Both the position numbers and the translations under genes were made by a program. A model generated the notes under the pieces. The model ran no database searches. It saw nothing but the letters and a program-made list of their open reading frames with translations, and was not told the origin of the DNA. Shown piece after piece: positions 13,040-24,369 of a DNA stretch of 64,000 bases (the first letter of the stretch is position 1; every line of letters starts with the position of its first letter). The stretch covers positions 349,680,001 through 349,744,000 of the forward strand of contig NC_067398.1 of the NCBI RefSeq assembly GCF_016432865.1. The letters are read 5' to 3'. The stretch is from Antechinus flavipes. Taxonomy: Eukaryota.

Positions 13040-13200
13040 GACATCTTGGATACCACCTACTCAGTTCTCACATCCCATTTTACAGGAAAAGAAACTGAGG
13101 CCTTAAGAAGTTAAGGACTTGTCCATGGTCACATAAGTGCCAGTAAGACCACTTGAACCCATGCTTTCTGATTTCTATGTTCAGTATGCAATAGCACACT
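13040..13200 (-). mobile_element. MIR
   Basis: 'cccattttacaggaaaagaaactgaggccttaagaagttaaggacttgtccatggtcacataag'. Confidence 0.75.
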
Positions 13201-14099
13201 GTCTTTCTTATTTTCAGACATTGATTTGATTGATCCTTATCCTAAAGGCTTCTATTCTTCCCTAGAGGAAAAAAAAAAAACTTGGTGTTTCTAGAGAAGC
13301 AACTTTCTTTCCCATTAGACCTGCACTGTATCAATAATTCACAGGTCTTCTACAGGATAAAGTCAAAATTTTTACTCTTCCATATTATGGTTTATGCTGA
13401 TCATTCAGCTCCAGGCCACATGATTGATTCTCTTTCCTTCAAGAAGCTGGTACCATTAAGACTTTCTTCTTTCTTTCTCTAGAAGTCTGGGTCTTAAAAC
13501 CCTCCAGGAGCTTGACATTACGTAGGAAATCCTTCCTCCTCTCTTCAGGAGACTGGGTGATATGGATTCCTTCTTTCTAGGGACATTATTGAGAAATTCT
13601 ATCACAACCTTTTGCCAACACTTCTTGGGATGAACAGGAAAGCATGCACAATTGCAGCATGTCTCTTTTAAGCTATTGGTGGCTTCTAGGATCGTGGAAG
13701 GATAGGGGAGAAGGAGGACAAGATTGTTCATGTAAACTAGCTTTCTCTCCTTCCTCTTGTTCCAACATACCCAGATCTGCTCTTAGCTCTCTATCTTAGC
13801 ACAGTGCCCAGTATTTATGTCAACTTAGTCCTGATGTGTTTCAGGACCTTTAAGAGTCTATCCTGGTGGAGTTAACTTTGTTCCGATCCTTTTTTAGTCA
13901 AAAAAAGGGCACCAATGACAATGGCCTAATTCAATCAATTCATACCCAGACCCCAGATTTATCACTCATTCAATAAGATGTGAACATGTCAAGAATCCAG
14001 GTTCAGGAGATGTCTTGAATTCTCAGTAGGTCCATATCTTCATTGGGAGGTACAATCAAAATCAGTCAAAAATGGCTTCCCCACCTACAATCTCATCAA

Positions 14100-14260
14100 C
14101 AGGTTACTAACTGGTCACCTTCTCTACAATACAGATCTGAAATCTCTCCATATTGTCATTCCCCACATTTGATAAGCATAGAAATCTATTTCTCCACCCA
14201 AGTCATTGATAAACAGATCAGTTTAAAAATGTTACAGAAATTTGCTGTATACCCAATTTT
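14100..14260 (-). mobile_element. Probable CR1/L3 reverse-transcriptase remnant
   Basis: The minus strand reads FINDLGGEID, then after a frameshift MLIKCGE*, resembling the CR1 RT segment IFINDLDEGI..MLIKFADD. Confidence 0.4.
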
Positions 14261-15249
14261 GCTGAAATTCACATCACCCACAAACCTCTGAATCACATGG
14301 GGAATGAACATGGATGAGCTGTTCCCATAGGCCAATAGGAGCTTAATGGGGGGGGGGGGGGTGTTACAAAGAATAAACCAAATTGGTAGAAGGATTTGTG
14401 AGCCCAAGCTAGATGCAGACATTTATCTTCAGACTTCACAAGAAGTTCTCTCTACACACAAACTTTCATCAGTCAGCCTCCATCTATCACATCTAGTCAG
14501 CTGAATTTTGAAATGTTAAATGGTTCAAGGCCATCCGAAGCCTCCAGAGGGGACAGGGCTCCACATCCCTAATGAGGTAGAAAAGACATTGGTAAGAAGT
14601 GTTTGTCCTGATTATATTTCACATTCATCTTTATTCGTCTTCTATATTCTCACTTCATTCATTAAAAGGTTGACTTGAAAGAGATTTGACATCCACAAAG
14701 CCTTTTGAGTCCCTTAGTCTTTTCGCTTTTAACAAAGAAAATACACACGCAGAGCCCCAAAGGTAAGTTGGAAACATAGAATCTATTCATTTTGTTTCAA
14801 AATGTCTCCAGTGATCCACTGGGGGCTGATCTGGTGTCGATTAACCCTGGATTCTACCTCAATAATGACAAAACAGCTATATACTTTCTCAGCACTGGGA
14901 ATAAGCAGGAGGGTGGGGAAAGTGGATAGAGATTATATACTTTAATGCCCCCATAATGTATGGATTATAACAAAATTCCACTTATAATCCAGGTGGGGCA
15001 TTACTCTGTGGCTGAAGGTGGGAGCCCATGGAGTGAAAGTAGTAGGGAGATTGGTAAAGGTATATCCATTTGTATTATTCTGAGATAACTTTGCTTAAGC
15101 TACATTGCTATCAGCACCTGGGAACCACTAAGTAAATAAGAATGGGAAAACAAGAAGCTAGGACTAGTTCCTAACAAGGGAAAGAGCAGCCAGATATAGA
15201 TTTGACTCAGAATCAAATTGATACTCATAAGCATGATGTCAGGATATTT

Positions 15250-15620
15250 GATTCAATTCAACAAATATTTATTTAGTACCTACTCTGCATCAGATATTGT
15301 GCTAAATACTAAGGCTGGAAACAAAAACATTAAATATATAATATGTATTATAGCCAATTTGGACTGCTTACCCATTCTTGTCTTGATTCTTCCACATCTA
15401 TGCCTTTACTCATGTTTTCCTATTTATCTGGAATGAATTCATTCCCAAATATTCCTATTGAGATATAAATCTTTTCTAATTCTCCTTCCTTTTTCCTCCT
15501 TTTCCCCCCAAAAAATGAAAGTGGGCTTCTTCCTCACATCTGACATTCCTCATAGCTCTTCATCTTAACCTCTTTACACTTGGTTCATACTCCATTATGT
15601 CATGGTTATTTGTACATATC
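15250..15620. mobile_element. L2 fragments (antisense 3' end ~15250-15330; sense body ~15370-15620)
   Basis: 'attcaattcaacaaatatttatttagtacctactctgcatcagatattgtgctaaatact' and 'cccattcttgtc...tgcctttactcatg...ctggaatg'. Confidence 0.55.
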
Positions 15621-16328
15621 CTTTATCTTTTAGTATCCTTCCTCTTGAGACAACCCCCCCGGCCCCATCCCATGAGCACTTGTACTTCCAGGTAAGGTCT
15701 CTAGAGGGGTAATTACTTTTTATTCTTTTTGAGGTTCTAGGGATAACATTGGGGTCTGGATTTCTAGTACTGTTACTCCAGAGACCTATTGTTCATTAAA
15801 ATCGGTTAGCTAGACTTCATTAGCTTTTAGAAAAGGGATTTATTATTCTCTTACTACAGCAAGAAGAATTGCTATATCCATATAAAGTATAGGCTCATTC
15901 TCCAACAAATACACAGAAAATCCACAAGATGTTCAGGTGGAATCCAATGGAAATAAGGCACTTGGATAGAGAACTTATGTGGCAAAGTGTTATCTTTCCA
16001 CTCCTGGCCCCAGAAGCCCTTTCCCGCTTTTGTAGAGCCTTCATGAAGTTTGTAGTGATAGATGAGTCATTCTGTTGCTCAGATGACCTGACTCCTAGAA
16101 AATCACAGCAAGTCTGCTCTTTGGACTGATCTGAACTGATCTGTTGGATCAGGCTTCTGCTGAGCCATTTTCCTGTCCTGGATTAGGACACATTCAAACT
16201 TGATCAGGTTTCTCCACCATTGCTGGCATCTCCTCTCTACTTTAGCCTAAGTACCAAGGAAGATGTTATGTTGCAATATTCAACATACTCAACTTTGTGC
16301 AATACTCACAAAGTTATTCCCTAGAATT

Positions 16329-16519
16329 CAAGGGTCCTCAAACTACCACCCGCGGGCCAGATGCAGCAGCTGAGGATGTTTATCCCCCTCACGCAGGGCT
16401 ATGAAGTTTCTTTATTTAAAGGCCCACAAAATGAAGTTTTTGTTTTTACTATAGTCCGGCTCTCCAACAGTCTGAGGGACAGTGAACTGGCCCCCTATTT
16501 AAAAGTTTGAGGACCCCTG
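16329..16519. mobile_element. hAT-Charlie MITE, OC1/OposCharlie1-type (191 bp)
   Basis: 16-bp TIRs caagggtcctcaaact (16329-16344) and agtttgaggacccctg (16504-16519), one mismatch. Flanks cctagaatt and cctagatt form an imperfect ~8-bp TSD around CTAG. The TIR matches my recollection of OC1 (CAGGGGTCCTCAAACT). Confidence 0.8.
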
Positions 16520-16939
16520 CCTAGATTCTCAAACCTGCTGCTCCTTCACCTAATCAGGAAAACAAATGCAAGAGCAGAGACAGGAATAATTCACAGTCAA
16601 TGGTGGAGTGAAAAAAGTCCTTCACTCTCCTCCCCCCCCCCAAAAAAAAAATAATAATCCTGCCTTATCATCTACCTCAAAGGAAAGAGATTGCCATAGG
16701 GACAGGACACTCCTTTTTTTTTTCCCCAAACCCTTAAGTCATCAGTTCTTTCAGCTCTGCAATTAATTAGGTGGTTATGTTATCATATGGTACCAACCCC
16801 TCAGTCACACTTGGCCAAAAACAGGTTTTACCCCAATCTCTACAAAGCTACTTGGAGACTGAAGCCAGGAGAGCAATATTAATACCTGCTTTAAGGACTG
16901 ACTCCCTTATAAATCAATCCATTTCTATCACACACTCTA

Positions 16940-17240
16940 TTAAATGATAAGTTTCTTGAGGGTAGGAACTGTATTTTATTTCATCTTTGTATCAGTAGTT
17001 AAGGCAAAATATTTTTCTAACCTGGAATAGGCACGTAACAAATATTCATTGGATGTAACTTTTGTGGTATGAAATGTTTGTTGGATTGAAGTCAAAGGTT
17101 TGATTCCTGGTTTGAATATAAACTCTTTCCATTTATATATAGGGCAACAAATCATTAGACCTCTCTGGGTCTCAATTTCCTTATATGAAAAATGAGGAGT
17201 TTGGACTATACAATCACTAACTTCTCTTATAACTATATTA
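16940..17240 (+). mobile_element. L2 3' end (~16940-17050) followed by a MIR (~17080-17240)
   Basis: 'taagtttcttgagggtaggaactgtattttatttcatctttgtatc' and 'ctctctgggtctcaatttccttatatgaaaaatgaggagtttggacta'. Confidence 0.65.
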
Positions 17241-17944
17241 TATGATACTATGATGGGGATTTAAAATTTTTACTTCCTTTTTTTCAGTTACTACGGAAGG
17301 AGGTGTCAGGGCAATTTCTCCTAGTAAGGAGACTACTGAGCTTGCTGAAACTTGTCCCATGGAATGTAAATACTGATGTAAGACATTAAACATTCTTCAG
17401 ATAAATCAAGAAAAGATCCAAGGCTTCTTAAGAAATTTGAGGAAGGGATTCTACTAACTCTGTAGGTATGTAAATCTCCATCTCTCAATCAATCCATTTT
17501 GTACCTGCTAAATATAGTTTAATCTGTAACCAGACTTAGTTTATCTATTCAAGTGTATTTAACTAGGTTTTTTTCCCCCTAAGGGATGTATGAGATTATG
17601 TCTCTACTTAACAAAATTTATTCAACTTTTGCGACATTAAAAGAAGCATAGGATTATGAATCTATATTTTTAAACTTTTATAGGTTAAAAAAACGAGAGA
17701 TTGAAATATGTAATTTATTTGCCTGTCACTCTGACCTAATTTTATCTATAAGAAGGCTTGTTAGAATCCTAATCATTGTTTCAGGATTGCTTTTATACTT
17801 TTTGACCCTGTCCTTACACAGAATAAAATCTAGATTTTTATCTATAATTTCTGCATTGTGATACAAATATTGTGGCAGCAGCTTTCTACCATGTGAACTG
17901 AAAAGGAATTTTCTCCCACAAAAACCCTATGAATTTTTTTTCTC

Positions 17945-18260
17945 ATTCACTTGTTGTTCTTGCTGTTTTTATTTATCCTTCATTCTTGAAGAGGACTATG
18001 ACATCAGGGAGGTAATTCCATGACACACAAGGGAGTTGAATTTAAGCCTCCCTCTCTCCTCTGGAGTCATCTGGCTCCAGTGACAAGATATAGATTAGAG
18101 GGGGTGGAGATGGCCCCAGATGCAGTGGGAGATCTTAGCCTTTTTAAACTAATATCTTTAATGGGTCTCAATGTGACTGAGGCAATGCCCAGTCAGTGAT
18201 TAAGCCTAAGTAAGAAATGGGGCAATCAGTCTCCAAGGTTGGGCTGGTCCCAGACCCCAT
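17945..18260 (-). mobile_element. RTE-family 3' end or RTE-derived SINE
   Basis: 'ttgttgttct...ccttcattcttgaagaggactatgacatcagggagg...ggagatggccccagatgcagtgggagatc'. The leading (ttg)n is an antisense (CAA)n tail typical of RTE. A sister copy lies at 20450-20640. Confidence 0.7.
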
Positions 18261-19499
18261 GCATGGAGTTTTCTGTTTAACTTTTCCTTTTCAAAACTTT
18301 TATTAAACTCATTACATATGCAATTTTGATGGGGTATGGTTTCACATCTGTGCAAGAAGGTACATTTGTAAGCTTGTACTTGTCTATTTTTAATTACTAT
18401 TTATGGCAGCTACTGGTTGATTGACTACTGTTACATAAAATGTCTATAATATACCCTGCATCCTCCAACTTCTTGTACAATTTTTGCCCATTTCCCAATA
18501 GTCCAAATCCCAAGTTGTGCTGAGAAAGGCCGAGCCTTGGCCTCTGACATGTGAGCTAGACTCCTTTTCCCCCAGCTCAGCCTTTGTTTGGCAGGTTGCT
18601 CTAGTGACACGGGGAAGAAGGAAAGGTTCAATTGGCCACCATTGCCTCAGGCAAAGTGGGAAGGCCAGGCAAGGATGAATGATCAGGCTGCCCATTTTCC
18701 ATTAATATCCCTGGATCCATTGTCTGGGTATATACCCCCAATTCATAAAGGTTTAAGAACAATGGATTTTTGTGTTGCTTGTTGCACCTGTAACCTCCCC
18801 AACTTGTCTCCAGGGCCCCTGTGTGTCATCGGGCAGGCTAGCAGCATGGGTAATGTAGCACCGCTGTAGAAGAGATGGGCACTCTGGGAGTAAGGACATT
18901 AACCAGATGAACAAGTGCAAATCAATCAGCCCTTTTTTTTCTTCAGAGACTCCAAGCAGTCTCTCTGTGTGCAAGGGGCTTCTCTCCAGGAGCAAGAGAG
19001 GAAAAGTGGTTGGGTTCTGGACAAAGGCTATAGGGGAACAAATGGGACCAAACCCCCAAAGTAGAAAACAATCTGATCACCATTGGCCAAATTCCATGCC
19101 TTCAATAGACCATTGCCTGAGCCAAATTAATTTCTCAAAGCCTTTCACAGGGCAAGGGGTAGTATGAAAAACATCATAGAATGTGTAATGACCTCCCAGC
19201 CCCTCAGCTGATCCTTCCCACCCATATTCCCCATCTCTTCATTGTTATCTCAGAAAAAATTGCCCCTACAATTCAAAGAAGCTTATTAAGCATTTGTTAT
19301 GTGTCTGGCACTATTCCATAAGAACCTAAGAAGAACCCCCAGCTCAGGTCCAGTGAGACAAATTGAGAAATCAGTGTAGTTCTCCTCCACTGCCTAAATA
19401 AGTAGGGATCAAGATCAACAAAGCACTGAAAGAATGACTAAGAGTCAATTACCCAGAAAAAGAAAGGCAAAATGGATAAATCAAAGCTGTTGCAGTATG

Positions 19500-19890
19500 T
19501 CTCATTTTCTCTGTTTGTCGTGTGTCTCCCTCTTCCTAATTCCTCTCTATTTATCTGTTTCTTCATATATGACTCTCTCTTGCCCCTATTCATCTGTCCC
19601 TCTGTCTCTGTCTCTATCTTTGTCTGTCCTTCAGGCTTTATCTCTCAGTCTCTCTTATTATCTCTGACTATTTCTATATCTATTACTGTCTCTGTCTCAG
19701 TCTCTGTCTCTGTCTCTCTTCCTCTGTTTTCTGTTTCTGTCTTTGTCTTGGTCTCTCATTGTCTCGCTTTGTCTGCCTCTGTAACTCTGTCTCTCCTTTT
19801 TTTTCCTTCCTCCCTCCATTCTTCCCATCTTCACTTTTTGTCTTCATGCTTCTCCATGAGCTTTTTTCTCTCACACATCTATACATCTCT
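19500..19890. repeat. Degenerate (TCTCTG/TCTG)n pyrimidine-rich simple repeat
   Basis: Directly visible. It explains ORFs 19434-19667, 19472-19894 and 19683-19886. Confidence 0.85.
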
Positions 19891-20449
19891 GTAACTATCT
19901 GGATTTGGGGGATGAAGGGTTCTTTACCATGATTTATAGAATTTTTTAAGAACCCACATTTTCAATATCCTTTCTATGAGAATCATACAAAGTGAGAGTT
20001 CTATGGAAGATTCCTATTTTTCCCCAGAAAAGAAGAAAAAAAAATGTAATCTTTAATTTATATTTCCAGGACATTTAATGGAACCCCATGACTGCTCCAA
20101 TTCCCCTCCCCCTACTACTGACAGCCCATCTGTCTCCCTTACTCTTACAACCCTCTAGCAAGCTTCATATGAAGACTCCTCCTGCCCCTAGACTATGGGA
20201 CCAATCCTGCCTTTAGGGCAGAAGGGCTCTAAGGACCACTAGCATCTGTTCACCAGTTCAGCATCCTATTAGTCTTGCTACTGGTCCTGCTTTGGACCTT
20301 TGTGTTAAAGTCCCTGACGACTGGGCTCCCTGCCTTAGACCCTAGTGCCCCATGGAGGGATTTATACTTCATAACCCAATTATCTGATAGATGACTTGCC
20401 TTTTACAGAATCCCCAGATTCCATTCCTGAAGCTTACAAGACCTCCCTC

Positions 20450-20640
20450 TTGTTATTTTTTTGTCCTTTGTTCTCAAGGAGGACCATGACATCAGGGAGG
20501 TGATGCCATGACATGCAAGTGAATTAGACTTAAGTGGGAGAGGACTGGGCAAGATCACCTGCCTCAGTTTCCCCTCCAGAGCTATCTAATCCAATGGCAA
20601 GATGTAGATCAGAATGACTGGAGATAGCCCTAGATACCTT
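20450..20640 (-). mobile_element. RTE-family 3' end or RTE-derived SINE
   Basis: 'gtcctttgttctcaaggaggaccatgacatcagggaggtgatgccatgacatgcaagtgaatt' is co-linear with 17975-18040. Confidence 0.7.
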
Positions 20641-21299
20641 CTTATTACTGCTTTCTTGGACTTCATACTTTTTAGACCTCTTCTATTTGTCTGCCCACCC
20701 CATAGTTAGTTGATGCTGCTCAGACTTTGTCTAATACTCCTATCCTTTTCCCCCTTATCCTATAGACTTAGTTTGTAGTTTCCTAAGCTCATTGCTAGGC
20801 CAAGGTTTAAGTCATAGAACTGAAAAATCTCAAAGTTAAAAGATTCATCCAATCTAACTCTTCTGTGAGTAAGTATACCATAGAAACCATATCTGACAAA
20901 ATACAATACTTCCTTAGAGCAGCATTATAAATACCTGGCCCTTTCTCGGCGGTTCACATAGTAGCACATGCCCAACTTCATGGGGCAGATCTATAGGGAG
21001 TTTTGTCCCTGAAAACTCATTGTGTGAGCTTTGCATACCTGGCACTCCACTCCTATGTGAGAGCTGGGCAAGCCTATTCCTTTGACTTCCTGTGTACTTC
21101 TCTTCCCCATGCACTTGTTTATTTTTCATATTTGAATGTTTTTCTTGTTTTTTTCTTCCTTTAGGGGCCTCTAAAGAGGTTCCCAATCTTCCAAGGCATG
21201 GATGCTGGTATGAGACAGCATATTTTTCCTTACCTCATTCAAATTTACCTCTCTGCATCTTCTACCTAGAATATTTCTGAGCTTAAGAAAAATAAAACA

Positions 21300-21446
21300 A
21301 GGCAACTAGGATGGTGCAGTGGACAGAGAATCATTCTTGGAGTCAGTCAGAAGGGCCTTAGTTCAAATCTGTCTTCAGATAGTTATGGACCATATGATCC
21401 TGGCCAAATCACTTAGCCCTAATTACCTCCAAAAGAAAAAAAAAAG
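21300..21446 (+). mobile_element. WSINE1-like short CORE-SINE
   Basis: 'ggcaactaggatggtgcagtggacagagaatcattcttggagtcag...gttcaaatct...cacttagccctaattacctccaaaagaaaaaaaaaag', about 145 bp with an A tail. Confidence 0.75.
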
Positions 21447-21974
21447 TTTAATTCTCCTTTCAAATGACAGCTCTTTAAATACTGGAAAGAAAGAAAAAAC
21501 TTCACATATGCCTTCTCAATGTGGGAGGTGGGAGGAAGGAAGGCAAAGAATCTGGAACTCAAAGTTTTAAAAACAAATGTAAAAAAAGTTTTACATGTAA
21601 CTGGGGGAAAATAAAATATCAAATTAAAATAAATACCTGAAAATAATTCTCAAGTCATATGCACCCTGTCTTTTTTTCTTTAACAGGCTAAGTTTTCATG
21701 ATTCCTACCACAATGTTCAGATACAGGACTTTGGAGTTTTTTCTGTCCCCTGGATTCTCATTAAATGATTAAATTTTAAAATATCAGGGACTTTTGAAAG
21801 ATCATACGGCCAACTCCTTTTCATGTGCATTCCTGATACAACAGACCTCTGGCCACACTTTTCCAAGTATTGTGATTTTATTCTAACTTTGCTTTTCTTG
21901 TCTGGCCACTTCTTAGAAGTGAGTACCCTGGTTATGGCAGGGTACTCATTTTTTCTTTTCTCACCCTGGAACCA

Positions 21975-22130
21975 TGGATATAAAGTAGAAAGAGACCTTA
22001 AGAGATGTATAGTACATCTCTCTCAATTTATAGCTGATGAAACTGAGGCACAAGGACATTAAGTGATTTGACCAAAATCATGCAAGTAATAATTGTTGGA
22101 TGTGGAATTTGAACTCAAATCTTCTGATCC
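21975..22130 (-). mobile_element. MIR
   Basis: 'tttatagctgatgaaactgaggcacaaggacattaagtgatttgaccaaaatcatgcaag...tttgaactcaaatcttctga'. Confidence 0.7.
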
Positions 22131-22599
22131 CAGAACCTGAAAATATGATAGTCTCTGGGACCCAAAAGAAAACTGGAAAGTTAGTGAAATTTTAATCAAG
22201 GGGCCTCCCCCCCTTCATTTTGGGGTTTTCTTCTCTCTCCTCCAGCTCTCTTCTCCAGTTCTATTATGTGTTCCATTCTTTCCGAGGTTTTTTCTTTCCT
22301 CTAATTGTCATGGTGGAAAACAAAACTAGCTAAAAGTATAACTTGCTTAAGATTATACTTTCCTAGAGAACCTGAACCATTTTGGAGAACTAGAGAAAAT
22401 AGAAAAAGACCTTCAAAACCTAGAGAAATGTCTAGCAAATGGCGAAATTTTAGGCATTGTGGTGGAAAATAAGAGAGAGCTTTTCTTTTTTCATGGAGAC
22501 ATTTGTGGGTTACTGTCATCAACACAATATACAAATGACTGGGTTTTTTTTTTTTTTTTGGTGGTGGGGGAGGGGGTTTGTTTGCCTACTCCTAGGCTA

Positions 22600-22830
22600 G
22601 TCCTGGCTAGTTAGGTTATATAAGAAACCTGGAGTCAGAAAGACTCCTCTTTCTGAATTCAAATCTGGCCTCAGACACTTACTAATTATGTGACCCTAAG
22701 CAAGTCACTTAATCCTGTTTGCCTCCGTTTCCTTATATGTTAAATAAATTGAAAAGACCACTCTAGTGTTTTTGCCAGGAAAAGTCCAACTGGGGTCATG
22801 AAGTGACAGAAGCAACTGAAAGGCAACTAT
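22600..22830 (+). mobile_element. Mar1-like CORE-SINE
   Basis: 'ctggagtcagaaagactcctctttctgaattcaaatctggcctcagacacttact...ccactctagtgtttttgccaggaaaagtccaactggggtcatgaag'. Confidence 0.8.
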
Positions 22831-23269
22831 AATAGGCCTGTCCTATGACTAGGGTATGGATGTATTTGGCACACAATTTTCTACACAGATTAAATATTTC
22901 TTCACCCCAAATATTATCAGCCAAGGGAAAGGAAATCCTAGTCACATTTAGAATGTGTAAAAAAAGACAACATTTAACTTGACTTTTTCTTTTGTTTTTT
23001 TTTTTTTAATTGGCAATGCTTTTCTGAGTTTAAGAGGGTTGTATCCCTCCTTGTGGATTTCAGCACAGAAGATTTGCAAATTCTGATTCTGACAGTTTCT
23101 AAATGTGATACCATGAGCTAGTGACTTCATCTTTTGTTCCTTCTGTTTTGGAGGTCATTTTTCCATTTTCCCCAATGTTTAATGCCATTGTGATCTTAAA
23201 TGAGTCACTGAAAGTCATTGGACCTCAGTTGAACCCCTAAATCCACTAACATTCTTCACAAGGCAAAAA

Positions 23270-23450
23270 TGGACACAAGATTTAGAGCTGGAAGAGATTA
23301 CAAAGACCCTCTAATCTAATCCCCTTCTTAACATATTAGGAAACTGAGGCCTATAAAATTAAAATGATTTACCCAAAAGATCTAGACATAATAGGAGGCT
23401 GAGTCAGTATTTGAATCTAGATCCTACTTCTACAGGGCTCTTTCAAAGAT
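23270..23450 (-). mobile_element. MIR
   Basis: 'agatttagagctggaagagattacaaagaccctctaatctaatcccctt...gaaactgaggcc'. Confidence 0.7.
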
Positions 23451-24369
23451 CCTTAAACCATCATAGAAGTCTGAGTAATTATTATGATTGTTCTTTGTGT
23501 TAGTAACAGTTATCATACAACTTAAAGTCCAGAAAAGGCCATGGTTTAAAAATAAAAAATAAAAAATAAAAACGCCGTCAATGAGCAGTTTTCTTCCAGG
23601 ACCAAGGTCAGTTCCCTTTGTTTATCCTGATTTTTCTGTACCTACAAAAAACCAGGCTTGGGCAGGGTAATGTTTGTGTTTCTCCGGGAGGACCTGGATT
23701 TATGCAGAAAGGAATACATGAAAGAGTAATGAGGAGGAAAGAACAGAGTGGATCTACCTTGAGAACAATCATTTAAAGCTTTCATGTTTGGGGACCAATT
23801 AATTATCCAAACCTACCCATTTGAGAAGGAGGATATTTAATCTCTCTTTTTCCCCTGGGTCCCTGCCCTTTAACCCTGGCTTCTTGACCTCTGCCCTCAT
23901 ACCTAGGCTGGCTCCCCAAGGATGGGCCTAAATATAGCACTATTGTTTTGTAAACAACAGCTTCCATAAAACTGGGGGAAGGGGAGAGAGTTTAGAAGTG
24001 GGGAGTGAAGCTGGTGACGTGAAGCAGTTTAGGCTAATGAAGCCCCATGCTTTTCACGGGTGACATAACCTGAGATGAAATAAAATGGGAACTAGGAGTG
24101 GCTGGAAGCTAAGAAGCAACATTCCATTGGGTTCCGCCTTGTGACCCAAAATGATTTTTTTTAATCCCAAAGGTCTGAGAAATCTGTATTTCCCTAACAC
24201 CCCTAAACGGGTGAGAACCTAGTACTTCTCTTACAAGGGATTGTGATGCAAAAGAAAGTGATTAGCAGTACTTCCTTCTGCACTGCAGGATAGAAAACAG
24301 GAAACCAACTTTACAGCACTGCATTGGGGATTTAGGGTAGACTTAAGGGGGAAAATCCTGACTGTTAGT

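Noticed and set aside
17361-17383. tggaatgtaa (miR-1/206 5' end); also tgaggtag (let-7 seed) at 14573
   Set aside because: The matches stop after 8-10 nt and there is no precursor hairpin.
19434-19894. Hydrophobic S/V/L-rich ORFs resembling membrane proteins
   Set aside because: They are translations of (TCTCTG)n low-complexity DNA; the same applies at 57161-57453 and 32979-33247.
20935-21010. Minus-strand exon-like unit (MKLGMCYYVNRRERA or GTKLPIDLPHEVGHVLLCEPPRKGQ)
   Set aside because: Neither frame splices in phase to the 13522-13685 candidate, no homologue is recognisable, and the signals are within chance expectation.
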